64,000 bases of DNA from Octopus sinensis (GCF_006345805.1 NC_043020.1:6944001-7008000), one strand, 5' to 3'. Shown: positions 13,458 through 27,207, counted from the first letter of the stretch. Notes: generated by a model not told the origin, from the sequence alone. A program made the numbers and translations.

Positions 13458-14115
13458 TAAGAGGGAAAAAATGAAGAAAGAATGAAAAAAAAAAAACCGA
13501 GAAGCAAAAAAAAAAAAAAAATTAGTTCTCCACCGAGGCTAGCTTAAAAGTCCGCACGGGGTGCAGCTTTTAAGCTAGTATTATATAAGAAAGAGAGATG
13601 ACGAAGATATAAATGAATATCATATGAACTTCGTGCGCTTACAGCTGTTTCTGAATTGCATTCCATATTCAAGGCTCCGATGAAGCTATAAGCTGTTACT
13701 CAGGCACTCAACTCTGAGTCCACTGCATCTTATAGCAGAAACAACTGTGAGCCAATGAATCTCAGAAGATAAGGATTTATTCCTTTGTCATTTCTCTTAT
13801 TACTACTCTATACTCAGCTAACACTTCGTTCTGAAACATACAATATATACACACACATATAGCTGAAATTTACAGAAAAGCAAAAGACGAAGACAGGTGT
13901 ATGAACAATAAGCTGGTGTATTAGTTTATATATATATACATTCAAATCTGGAGATTCTACTAGAGTAGATACAAGCGCTAATGTATGATTTATAAAAACA
14001 TGTAACATATTAATAAAAATCTGTAAATATAAAACCACCCAGATTTCTGAGTACCTTATTTCTTCTAATATACAATACCTGTACATCACCACCAAACCTT
14101 CTAATATATGTACGC

Positions 14116-14171
<56 letters not shown>

Positions 14172-14369
14172 TGTGTGTGTGTACACAAACGCACATACAC
14201 ATATTGTAGTTCATTGACCTTGTTAGGTGTAACCATTTCTCCGTCTTCCAAATAAAAGCGTCTGTTCCTGTTAACTACGCAAAAACCAGGAAAGGAACAC
14301 AACCTCACCAATAAACAGGTGCTGGCTGATTGTGGGTGGTGGTGGGGGAATACTTTGTGTTGCCACTAC

Positions 14370-14498
14370 TCAACAACAACAACAACAACAACAAAGGCAA
14401 GAACAACAATACCAATTAAAGCAACAACAGCTATGATGATGATGATGATGATGATGATGATGGCAATGATGATGGTGGTGATGATGATGAAGATGAAG

Positions 14499-14530
<32 letters not shown>

Positions 14531-15010
14531 GATGATGGTGGTGATGATGATGATTATTCTTATTCTTATTATTATAATGAAGATAATAATAATAATAATA
14601 ATAATAATATCAATCGCCGTCGTCATCATCATCATCAACATCATAAGCATTACGTCTACTACTACCACAGCCACTACCACTTTCACCACCACCACCACCA
14701 TCATCATCATTACCAACATAATGATCATCGCAGTTATCATCATCGTCATCACTTCTCTCCTCTCCTTCCCCCTCCTCTTCCTCGTCCACCACCACCTTCA
14801 TCATCCTCATCACCACCGCCACCAACACCACCATCGCCCTCATGGCTGTCGTTCATTCCTCTCCAAAACCAATCTCCCATAGAATCGATCGGTGATGATT
14901 AACCCTCGGCTCCTTTTTTCCTTTATCCTATTTTGTTATCATCGTCTCTCTACCATGATGACGATGACGACGACGATGATGATGATGACGATGATGATGA
15001 TGATGTTGCT
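14370..15010. repeat. Compound trinucleotide tract (ACA/GAT/AAT/CAC/CAT)n
   Basis: Direct reading of the sequence. Confidence 0.93.
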
Positions 15011-15214
15011 AATGATCGCAGTGGTGTTGGTGGCGTTGCTGAAGCCAGCCACTCAGCTGCCAAACTGGCAACGGTCCAGTCAGGTATAAGAAAAAATAAA
15101 ACCTAGTTTTTGTTGTTTGTTGCTTTTTGCCGTTGTTTTTTTTTTTTTTTTTCACTGGGGTATAACTAGACTTATTTCTACTGGACCATACAGTCCTTTG
15201 ATAGTAACACACAC

Positions 15215-15298
15215 ACAACACACACACACATAACATACGCACGAATGCACACACATGAATCTATACATACAGTTTAGTTATATATATGTGTGTAAAAT

Positions 15299-15367
<69 letters not shown>

Positions 15368-15607
15368 ATACGCGTGCCACACATATACACAAACGTATAT
15401 ATATATATCTTTTTATTAAAACTGAAAAATCTTCACAGAGTTTCACGTGGCCCTTCATCAGACAGTTTTCAATGTGTGTGTGAGTGTGCGTGTGTGTTGT
15501 GTGTGTTGTGTGTATGTTTTTATGTATATATAAATCTGCGTGTGTGTGTGTGTGTTGTGTATTGTGTGTATGTATATGTACATATGTATATATAAATCTG
15601 TGTGCGT

Positions 15608-15638
<31 letters not shown>

Positions 15639-15688
15639 GTATGTAGGTGTATGTATATGTATGTATATATGTGTATGTATGTATAACC

Positions 15689-15768
<80 letters not shown>

Positions 15769-15897
15769 GCCAAAGTGTACGTACGCCGCTATGTGTATAT
15801 AAAAATAATACAAAAAATGGGACGACACACACATACATACGCACGAATGCACACACACATGAATCTATACATACATGTATGTTTATATATGTGTGTA

Positions 15898-15969
<72 letters not shown>

Positions 15970-16203
15970 CGCGTGCACACACTATACACAAACGTATATA
16001 TATATATCTTTTTATTAAAACTGAAAAATCTTCACAGAGTTTCACGTGGCCCTTCATCAGACAGTTTTCAATGTGTGTGTGAGTGTGCGTGTGTGTTGTG
16101 GTGTGTGTGTGTATGTTTATGTATATATAAATCTGCGTGTGTGCGTGTGTTGTGTATTGTGTGTATGTATATGTACATATGTATATATAAATCTGTGTGC
16201 GTT

Positions 16204-16244
<41 letters not shown>

Positions 16245-16304
16245 TATGTATATGTATGTATATATGTATGTATATGTATGTATACCATATATATACATAT
16301 ATAT

Positions 16305-16338
<34 letters not shown>

Positions 16339-16440
16339 AGAGAGAGGAGAGAGAGAGAGAGAGAGGCCAAAGTGTACGTACGCCGCTATGTGTATATAAA
16401 AAATAATACAAAAAATGGGACGGACACACACATACATACA
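15215..16440. repeat. Tandem duplication of an about 600-bp microsatellite-rich unit
   Basis: Unique markers recur at about 599-nt offset (gtttc 15440/16039; ggccaaagtgtacg about 15768/16365). Confidence 0.9.
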
Positions 16441-16999
16441 TATATATATGTAGGTCATTAGTTCATAAATCCGCAAAGAACCACACTCTAAACTTTAGAG
16501 CGGTAATACAAGAAGAGTCGTTGGTTAAGACCGGTCAGTGAATGACCATTGTTTTTGCACCCATGAGGTTCTTAACGGGTATAGGTGACTCATCAGACTT
16601 GATAAGCAGAGGTACGGCCCCTCTCTACAACTGGAAGAAGGAAAGGGTCTTGGTGTCAGCTGGGGCTGTAAACAAAATTCCTGAAACGAAATTCTACTTT
16701 CCGACAATTTTTCTGGTCACGTGGAGTTATCTCCCTTAGATCGGCTCAAAAAGGGTGAGTGTATGGATGATTAGTTTTGCTAATCGGCAGTGAGGATTTT
16801 CCATGTTCTAACATGAATTTCATATGATGAGGACACTGACTAAAAATCTCTGTTTTGGGCTTCTTCAGTTTCTCGTCTACCAAATCCACTCACTTGCCCA
16901 AGGTTCTACGCAGTGGGACTATACCCGGAATCATGTGGCTAGGAAGCAAGCTACTTACCACACAATCATTCCTGCGCCTATATATATTTATAATTATAT

Positions 17000-17039
<40 letters not shown>

Positions 17040-17150
17040 ATAATTCACAAAAAAAAAACAATAGATGAAGACAGGTGGTGTAGACAACAAAAAGATGTAT
17101 TGGAACGTCGGGAAGTGGAAAAGTCTTTAACATTTTGAGCACTTGATCAC

Positions 17151-17612
17151 AAAAACACAAATTTCACAACTTGTGAAGTAAACAGAGTGATGTCATTAGG
17201 CACACTGTCCCATGAAGGTCACTGCTAACTCTCACTGTGCATGCAACCATGTGCTGCCATCTGTTGGCATGCTTAGCGCATGTAAGGGGAATTCTACAAT
17301 TAAGGATGCGTTTTCCCTGTCCATGTCAAAAATTGCAGACTACAGCATTCACGAGATTACAAAAGCACAAATTTCACAACCATGTGCTGCCATCTGTTGG
17401 CATGCTTAGCGCATGTAAGGGGAATTCTACAATTAAGGATGCGTTTTCCCTGTCCATGTCAAAAATTGCAGACTACAGCATTCACGAGATTACAAAAGCA
17501 CAAATTTCACAACTTGCGAAGTAAACACAGCAATGTCACTCAGCACACTGCCTCATGAAGGTCACTGCTAGCTCTCACTGTGCACGCAACCATGTGCTGC
17601 CCTCTGTTGGCG
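17151..17612. repeat. Nested A-B-B-A' duplication (exact 133-bp B repeat)
   Basis: caaccatgtgctgcc at 17244 and 17377; diverged A copies at about 17151 and 17495. Confidence 0.85.
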
Positions 17613-17723
17613 CACTACAAAATTAGTCCGGAAACTTTTTGACATCACCTTCTACATACACCTACTTTTAGTATCTAGTATTGGAAGAAAGTGTACTCAA
17701 TAACATCCTAAGGATTTATAATA

Positions 17724-18984
17724 TTAGGCTATCTCACATGAAATGTCGCATTTGAAACAGGAAACATTAAAGTTGTTTGTTTTTTAAGTTTTAGAATATT
17801 TATTTAATCAAAATATGATCCTTGTTCATTTATGATTTTCATCCAACGTTCCTCTAAGGCATTTATCCATCTTCAAAGAATTTGTCATCTTTTACACTGA
17901 TAAACTATTCGAATGCTTCAATTACCTCTTCTTTATTTAACAATTTTTTATTGCGTATAGCAAGCTCGAAGTGTTTAAATATGTGATAATCAGTAGGAGA
18001 GATATCAGGAGAATAAGGAGGATGTGCCAAAATTTTATAATTCAGGCTTTGCAACTTGTGGAGCTTGAGAAGTGTGAGGCTGGGCATTATCATGAAGCAA
18101 AATTGGGTCCTTCCCATTCACTAATCTGGGTTGCTTCTTTTTCAAATTCCCATACATATAATCAATTTCCTGACAATAGGATGTTGCTGTTACAGTTTTT
18201 CCTGGTTGTAAAAATGAATAATGAATAACCCGCTTTGTTGACCACCATACAGTGACCATCGACTTATTAGGGTGCAATGGTGGGTTTGGGCAGTGTTTCG
18301 GTGACTCTCCTGCATCCAACCACTGCCCTGTCCTCCTGCTGTTATCAAAGAGTATCCATTTCTCATCACACGTAATGAGTTAATACAAAAATGGTTCGCT
18401 TTCCAACTGAGAAATCAACATGGAACACACTGTAAGGCGTCTGTTCCATTGAAGCTCATTAAGTTGATGGGGGAACAAACCTATCCATCTTTTTGACTTC
18501 CAATTTTCTTCAAGTGTCGAGAAGCAGTTGCCGGAGATGTCTGGAGCTCTGGTCCGATGTTTCGGACCATAGTCTTCGGATTTCATTTAACCAAAGCATT
18601 CAATTCATCATGCTGAATAACTGATTTTGGTCTACCTCTTGGTTCATATTTAAGGCTTTCATTTCCCGAACGAAATCTTTGGAGCCATCTCTGAACAGTT
18701 CTGATGTCAACAGAATCGTTACCAAAAGCCTACTTGATGTTTCGTAGAGCTTCAGTGTCAGAGTGACCCAACTTGTATTCGTACAAGAAAATCACTCGGT
18801 ATTGTTCAGTTGTCGACATTGTCATAAGAACTGTGGGTAGCAATTTCGAATAATAGAATTGTCTCGAGAGAAAACGAGTTAAGAGCAAACACAAGCATAT
18901 ACATGGAACCTCATTAAAAATCCATTTATAGACGACTCATAAGAAACCCATTTAAAATACAACATTTCATGTGAGACAACTTAA
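17724..18984 (-). mobile_element. Full-length decayed mariner (DD34D-type) DNA transposon
   Basis: TA at both ends (17722-17723, 18985-18986). About 25-bp imperfect TIRs: TTAGGCTATCTCACATGAAATGTCG / TTAAGTTGTCTCACATGAAATGTTG. Frameshifted transposase motifs MVTVWWS, ILLHDNAQPH and HPPYSPDISPTDYHIFKH; length 1261 bp. Confidence 0.9.
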
Positions 18985-19029
18985 TACTTTGGTCATGTCA
19001 ATCTCTTGCTACGCTAGATGTTCACAAGT

Positions 19030-19290
19030 GTGTTCATAACTAACTGGATGCCTCTGTGAAGACATAAGGGGAACTCCAATGCATTTGTACGGGGAGACTT
19101 CTCCATCCTCACAAATGATTCTTATCTCCTGGTGCTTCATTTGTCCACTCGGAAGACTACTCAGTCCTGTTACAGATCTGCATGCTTTGAAGCATAAGTA
19201 ACAGAGGAAAGTAGTGTCCTGCTGTGCACTTCTATCTGGTTAGGTCTGCGCCCGTTAACAATCTTCCACGGCCATAGGACTTTCAGAAAA
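19030..19290 (-). mobile_element. Possible RTE-type LINE C-terminal fragment
   Basis: TTFLCYLCFKACRSVTGLSS resembles the FxCxxCxKxCRSxxGLxSH motif. Confidence 0.4.
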
Positions 19291-20056
19291 TAGAATGACA
19301 AATCAGGTCACCCGAAAGAGACATCCGTACGTCTTTGGATTATTGTCATAAAATAAAAGACAAGACCCCTTTCGGTCAGGAATAATCATGGAATTGCACC
19401 TAGAAAGTTCCCCTCAGAGACGCGACTCCAGGCAAGGTTGTTTATGGAAGATCAACAGTTGTCCAGCCCTCCTCTCTACACGACATTATATGTACATGGG
19501 ATAAAGGGTAAAGACCCCCTTTGGTCATGAATGACCATGGCATTGGATCCAGAAAGTTCCCCTCTGAGGCACAAGTCCGGGCATACCAACCGCTCCTCTC
19601 CAAGCCATCGATGTTGTCCAAGGGAAAGGCAAAGGGGCCGATACAGCTTGATGTCGCAACTCATTTCTACAGCTGAGTGAATTGGGTTCCACTCCCTGGA
19701 GTTTCTATGATTAAAGCCTAATGACAGACTGAAGCGAGTTGACCAGAAATCATGCGAAGCTCCAGGTTTTACATCAGAGTGTGATTCTCCAACAAGGGGG
19801 CTATGACAACAGCTTGGGGTCCCTCACTCTCAGTTGTTTGGCTGCCTACCCTAAGACCATTCAAGGGTATTTCTGCATTCCAGCGTTTTAAACGGATTAC
19901 CAACATATATACTACTTTACCCATACATACACACACACATACATATAGACAGATAGATGTGTGCAAGGATGGACAGACAAACAGAGAAATGGATATAAAT
20001 ACATACATACATACATACGGACGGGCGGACGGACAGACAGACAGAACGATAATAGG

Positions 20057-20119
<63 letters not shown>

Positions 20120-20504
20120 GTAGATAGAATGATGATGGATAGACAGATAAACAGACAGACAGTTAGATAGATAGCCAAAGAGATAGACAGACTGACTAAC
20201 TGGGTGATTGATTAATAGACTGATTGATTGATAGATAGGCTGATTGATAGATAGGCCAATTGACTGATAGACAGAGTAGTGGATACTTGTACAAACTTGG
20301 TGATTCATTTCACCATTATTTAGATTTTGCAGTTTCCTGATATATTGATGTAGAAATGATTCTGTCTCTTGAAATGAAAGAATGCATTTGCTGTGCTCAC
20401 AGAGATATGTATACTAATGTATACCATTCCAGTACCATCTTTTGTTTTCAGTATATTTATATCTAAACACCCTTGAAAGCCTTTTTTCATTGAGATGCAA
20501 CTTA

Positions 20505-20666
20505 GTAGACATGGTTGCGTGGTAAGTAGCTTGCTTACCAACTACATGGTTCCGGGTTCAGTCCCACTGCGTGGCATCTTGGGCAAATGTCTTCTGCTAT
20601 AGCCCCGGGCCGACCAATGCCTTGTGGGTGGATTTGGTAGACGGAAACTGAAAGAAGCCTGTCGTA

Positions 20667-20712
<46 letters not shown>

Positions 20713-20950
20713 TGTGTGTGTATGTGCGTGTGTGTGTTTGTGTGTCTGTGTTTGTCCCCCTAGCATTGCTTGACAACCGATGCTGGCGTGTATACGTCCC
20801 CGTCACTTAGCGATTCGGCAAAAGTGACCGATAGAATAAGTACTGGGCTTACAAAGAATAAGTCCCGGGGTCGATTTGCTCGACTAAAGGCGGTGCTCCA
20901 GCATGGCCGCAGTCAAATGACTGAAACAAGTAAAAGAGTAAAGAGTAAGA
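20505..20950 (+). mobile_element. SINE family A copy
   Basis: Colinear with the consensus; tail (gtaaaga)n. Confidence 0.9.
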
Positions 20951-21164
20951 GTATACGTTCTTGCTCTCTGGGTGAAGTATTATTTTCCGTGATTCAAATT
21001 GGACAAGAGATTTTAGAATCTGTCATCTAGCTGTTTCATCCTTACTATATTTCTGTCAGAGATTTCGTGGTGAGCGAGGATTACAGGGGACTTTGTACTT
21101 AACAGCAACAGAAAATTTCTTGCTGTCTTTTCATATATGTATGCAATTATGTATGTTTAAGTAA

Positions 21165-21169
<5 letters not shown>

Positions 21170-21197
<28 letters not shown>

Positions 21198-21885
21198 TGT
21201 ATGTATGTATGTGTGTGTATGTATGTATGTATGTATATGTGTGTGTGTGTATGTATGTATGTATATATGTATGTGTGTGTATGTATGTGTGTGTCTATGC
21301 ATGTATGTATGTATGTATGTATGCATGCATGTATGTATGTATGTATATATATATTTGTGTGTGTATGTACGTATCTGTGTGTATGTATGTATGTATGTAT
21401 GTATGTATGTATGTATGTATATATCATCTGGTACAATCCCCCATACAATTAACATAATTGTGATATATGGGGAATTGCACAAGTTAATTTTCCTCTTTTT
21501 GCATTAGATATATTTTTTAGCTAATAGTAATAATAATAGCTAATAACAATGTCAGCAGGTATTTCAGCATAATGGTAAAGTCTTCAGCCGTTATCTAGGG
21601 ACATGTTAGTTCCATTCCCATGGCAGTTTGTTGACGATTTTTTTTAAAGGTGGTGCTCCAGCATGGCCACAGACAATTGACTGAAACAAATAAAAGAGTC
21701 AAAGAGTAATAGAAAAGCTCTTGTTGTCTTTGCATGTATGTATGTATGTATGTATCATCTGGTACAATCCCCCATATAATTAACACAATTGTGATGTAGG
21801 GGGAATTGCACAAATTGATTTTCCTCTTTTTGCATTTAATATATTTTTTAGCTAATAGCAACAGAAACGCTCTTGTTATCTTTGC

Positions 21886-21918
<33 letters not shown>

Positions 21919-22110
21919 TGTATGTATGTATGTATGCACGTATGTATGTATGTATGTATGTATGTATGTATGTATGCATGTATGTATGTGTGTGTGTATG
22001 TATGCATGTATGCATGTATGTATGTATGTATGTATGTATGTATGCATGCATGTATGTATGCATGTATGTAGTAGGTATCATCTGGTACAATCCTCCATAC
22101 AGCGTTACAT
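21170..22110. repeat. (TATG)n blocks alternating with a triplicated tatcatctggtacaatcc unit
   Basis: The unit occurs at about 21421, 21753 and 22077, each time after a (TATG)n tract. Confidence 0.8.
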
Positions 22111-22429
22111 GGAGTATTGTACCAGATAAATTTTCTTTCCTTCTGTTTTGAAGTCATAAGCTGTGTGTCCTTCAGTTTTTCACTAAAATCTTCTTCTTGC
22201 TAATGTTGTGCTGCAATGTGTCTTTCTTAAATATCTCTTTTCCTGATGATAGATTTGATATTTTTCCAAATGTATAAAGTACCACATTTTATGACCAGAA
22301 ATTCTGTTCATGAATAATGTTTCCTCTTTTAGCTTTTGGTTGGAAAAGTCTCTAATATGTGATGTCTAAAAAATTTTATTATCATCATGTTGGTGATTAT
22401 TGCTAGACCTGGGTTGAATTGTATGAATA

Positions 22430-22478
22430 TCCTAATATATATATATATATATAAGCATACACATATATACGTATTTGC

Positions 22479-22515
<37 letters not shown>

Positions 22516-22998
22516 CATACGCACACATATATATACACACATCATACATAGATATATATAATATACACACATGTACACACACACACACATATATATATAC
22601 CTATATATATATACATATACACATATATATTCATATACATATATATCTATATACATATATACACACATGCACACACATATATATATACACATGTACATAT
22701 GCTCATATACATACACACACACACCACACATATATATATATATATACAATATGCATAAACACACACACACGCATGTGGACATATTGTGTAAGGGGAGGGC
22801 ATATGGTTTATCTGAAATTATACACTTAAAAATACACAAAAAGCTTGTAATAATGATATTATTATTATTATTAATAGTAATAATAATAATAATAATGATA
22901 ATAATAATAATATAATAATAATAATAATAAAAATAATAATAATAATAATAAATAATAATAATAAAAATAATAAAAATAAAAAATAATAATAATAATAA

Positions 22999-23036
<38 letters not shown>

Positions 23037-23049
23037 TAATAAAAATAAA

Positions 23050-23120
<71 letters not shown>

Positions 23121-23149
23121 TAAAATAATAATAATAATAATAAAAATAA

Positions 23150-23180
<31 letters not shown>

Positions 23181-23190
23181 AATAATATAA
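22430..23190. repeat. (TA/CA)n followed by a long (AAT)n tract
   Basis: Direct reading of the sequence. Confidence 0.95.
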
Positions 23191-23469
23191 CAACACTCAC
23201 TCTTTTTACTCTTTTACTTGTATCAGTCATTTTACTGCGGCCATGCTGGAGCATCGCTTGTAGTCAAGGATTTATTCTTTGTAATCCTAGTACTTATTCT
23301 ATCGGTCTCTTTTGCCAGACTGCTAAGTTATGGGGATGTAAACAAACCACCATCGGTTGTCAAGCAATGTTGTGGGGACAAACACAGACATACAAACATA
23401 TACACACACATACATATATATATATATACAACGGGGTTTTTTCAGTTTCTGTCTACCAAATTCATATAA

Positions 23470-23695
23470 AGGCGGCGAGCTGGCAGAAACGTTAGCACGC
23501 CGGGTGAAATGCATAGCAGTATTTCGTCTGTCGTTACGTTCTGAGTTCAAATTCCACCGAGGTAGACTTTGCCTTTCATCCTTTCGGGGTCGATAAATAA
23601 AGTACCAGTTTCGCGCTGGGTCGATGTAATCGACTTAATCCTTTGTCTGTCCTTGTTTGTCCCCTCTGTGTTTAGCCCCTTGTGGGTAGTAAAGA

Positions 23696-23700
<5 letters not shown>
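23470..23700 (+). mobile_element. tRNA-headed SINE family B (other copies at about 11495-11700 -, 30835-31065 -, 37290-37912 - x3, 51715-52140 + x2, 56390-56600 +, 59790-59925 +, 60915-61050 +)
   Basis: ggcgagctggcagaaacgttagcacgccggg...gagttcaaattcc (B-box-like)...gactttgcctttcatcctttcggggtcgataaa...gtaccag. Confidence 0.85.
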
Positions 23701-23728
<28 letters not shown>

Positions 23729-23899
23729 TAATGCAATACGAGAGTATGCTTCCAGTAAAGAATAGTCCGTGAGGGAAAATTATACATAGAAGTAAATATT
23801 TTTGTTAGTACATACGCGGTGAAGCTATACATTAGCGTCGTATTATTACGTTCGCTATTTTCCAGTAAATATCGGTACTTCGTTGTGCCATATATTTAC

Positions 23900-23939
<40 letters not shown>

Positions 23940-24029
23940 TAAATACATTAGGGGAAGTCAGAATTTATCTGTACTTTCACCATAACATATCTTTATTATG
24001 GTCACCCTGCCTTCTGTGTGTGTGTGCTT

Positions 24030-24545
24030 AGAGTTGGTACTATTGTGGTCACGTGATCGAAGTTTGAGCCTGACTGCACCACTTTTCTTTACAGTGTAAG
24101 CATGGTTGTTCCACTAGCAAGGTGCACCAAAGGAGGACAAAGAGCAGTGATCCGATTTCTCTGGTCAGAAGATGTGTCAGACGTTGAAATTCATCAGAGG
24201 CTTTTAGCACAATACGGGGACGGTGTGTATGAGTGGATCAAGAAGTTTAAAATTTGCCAAATAAGCATGACACATGAAAAGAGAGTAGGATGCCTGTCAA
24301 CCTCCACCACTGAGGAGAAGATTCAGCATGCTCAAGAGATGATAATGGTGAACCAGTAAGTTATCATAGATGAAGTAACTCGTTCTATGCAGATTAGTCG
24401 TGGTTCTGCCTATCAAATCATCCATGATGAGCTCGGCTTTCATAAAGTCTGTGCAAGCTGGGTGCCAAAAGAGCTTACTGCAGAGCACAAGTGCAAACGT
24501 CTTGAGGTCTGCCAACGTCTGAGGTCGATCGCTACAACAATGAGA
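24030..24545 (+). mobile_element. Mariner transposase N-terminal (HTH) remnant
   Basis: QRAVIRFLWSE..EIHQRL..QYGD and SAYQIIHDELGFHKVCASWVPKEL (WVPxxL motif); interrupted by stops and truncated. Confidence 0.85.
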
Positions 24546-24763
24546 GTGGGGTATTTGGGGGAAGAATAGTTCATGGCGGCAGTTAAATGACTGAAACAAG
24601 TAAAAGAATAAAAGAACATATATATATCTGTGTCCCTTTCTGTAGAAGAGCATAGGCTCGAAACGTAAAATACTTTTTCTATTCCTCAGCACTATACTAA
24701 TACATCTATTTGTTTGTACACCACCTGCCTTCATCTTTTGTTTATTTTCGTAAACTTTCCCAT

Positions 24764-24827
<64 letters not shown>

Positions 24828-25102
24828 TCTATGTATTTGATGGTCTACTTTCAGTATCTGTCTAATAGTTCCACTCGCAAGACTTTTATTGGTCAAAGGT
24901 TGAAACAGGCAAAAACTTGTCCAAGATGCTGTGCAGTGGGACTGAACCTCAAAGCATGAGGTTGCAAAGTGAACCTTCTTAACCACACAGCCACACACAC
25001 ACATACATACACACATATCCCCTGACATTATTTGCTCTCCGCAAATATTTTCCCCAAGATTTCAATTAATTTTAAAGAGAGATAAACTGCATTTTCGAAG
25101 TC

Positions 25103-25104
<2 letters not shown>

Positions 25105-25143
<39 letters not shown>

Positions 25144-25613
25144 ACACACACACACATACATAAATACACATAATCCTACTCATAAACACACACATTAAAA
25201 CATTGACAAATATATGTAGATAGAACCACACACAACCACATGTATAATGTAAACATATACACACATGCATACATAAACATGTATACACACACACACATGA
25301 TTGTATACATATATATCTATAGACATATATACATAAAATGTATATATATGCATAAATACATATTATATACACCCACGCACAATATATGTATATGCATCTA
25401 TCTATTTCTCTCTCTGTGTATATATATATATATATAAATGTGTATATATGTATATGCATATATATATATGTATATATATTTATGTATATATACATATAAA
25501 TACATATATATTTACATATATATATAATATATATGTATATGTATATATGTATATGCATATACATATATTTATGTGTGTGTGTATATATATATAGATATAT
25601 ACATATTTATGTT

Positions 25614-25651
<38 letters not shown>

Positions 25652-27207
25652 ATATATGTATATATAAATAAATATATACACATACATGTATATATTCTCT
25701 ACTCAAGCACACACCTGGTCTACATACATATGATCATACATGCACACACACAAACCATGCACGCATAATCAAACATACACATATATTGACACACACACAC
25801 GCAAACATACACACTCACACACACACACAAGTATACACACAAATATACATAGACACACATGAGTACAAACATACAAAGATTACATGCATACACATACATA
25901 CACACATTTACATATGTACATACATGTGTGTATATACACACACGCATACACTTATATACACTTTGAAGAAAAGTTTCAGTTTAAAGATAACGAAATGATT
26001 TTTAATTGAAGTTATGTTTATTAATTAACCTACAAGGAGTGGGTGGGGGGGTGGGTCTGGTTTGTTGTCGATTTTTATTGGTGGTGGTCGTGGTGGAGAG
26101 TGCAGCTGGCTTACTGACACAGCTGTTATGGTTATTGTTGTTCTTGAGTGGAAAATAAATGGCTGATGACGATGATGATGAGGAGGATGATGAGAAGGAT
26201 GATGATGATGACGATGATGGTGATGACTATCATGATGGTCGTGGTGGTGGTTGTAGGAAAGATGATAATGATGATAATGACGATGACAATGATGATGATG
26301 ATGAGGATGATGAAGAAAATGATGATGATGGTGATGATGATGATGATAATGAGGATGATGAAGATGACTATCATGATGATGGTTGTGGTGGTTGTAGGAA
26401 AGGGATGATGATGATAATGACGACGACGATGACAAGAATGATGACGATGATGATGAAAATTATGATGATGATGACGACGACGACAACGACGATCATGATG
26501 GTGGTGGTGGTTGTAGGAAAGATGATGATGATGATGACAACGACAACACTGAGGATGATGATGATGATGAGGTTGATGAGGATGATGGTGAGGGGATGAG
26601 GAGGACAATCGTGATGATGGTGGTGGTGGTGGTGATAGTAAGAAAGATGATTATAATGACGATGATGATGATGATTGATGATAATGATGATCATGATGGC
26701 CATGATGATGATGATGATGATTATGGTGATGATGATGATGATGACACTCATGATGGCGATGGTGGTGGCAGGGCAGATGATGATGCTGATGTGAATTCTG
26801 TTGTCCTCTTTACAACATTCTACATCATGTGTGTCTTTATCTATTTGCATGCAACAGAATTATTCACGTATGTAAAAAACATATGTATGCACACACACAC
26901 ACATATATATATACACATACGCATGTATAATATATGCTTATATACCATGTAGATATACATATATGTATATATCATACATACTCATGAATAATATATATGG
27001 ATATACAAACATACATATATATATATATATGAAATATATATGCACATATATAAAATATATATAATATATCATATATATATCACATTTATATATATCAGTA
27101 TATATATACACACACACGTGTGCACATATGCACATAAATATAAACTGTATATATATATATATACATCTATACACACACACGTGTGCACATATGCACATAA
27201 ATATAAA

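Noticed and set aside
16500-16760. Unique GC-balanced segment ending in AAGG|gtgagt (possible exon)
   Set aside because: No frame on either strand gives a recognisable protein and no partner exons were found.
26025-26952. Poly-Asp/poly-His/poly-Met ORFs (also 14319-15089 and 58206-58649)
   Set aside because: They are (GAT/CAT)n tracts open in several frames on both strands; 58206-58649 lies inside a PPP2R3 intron.
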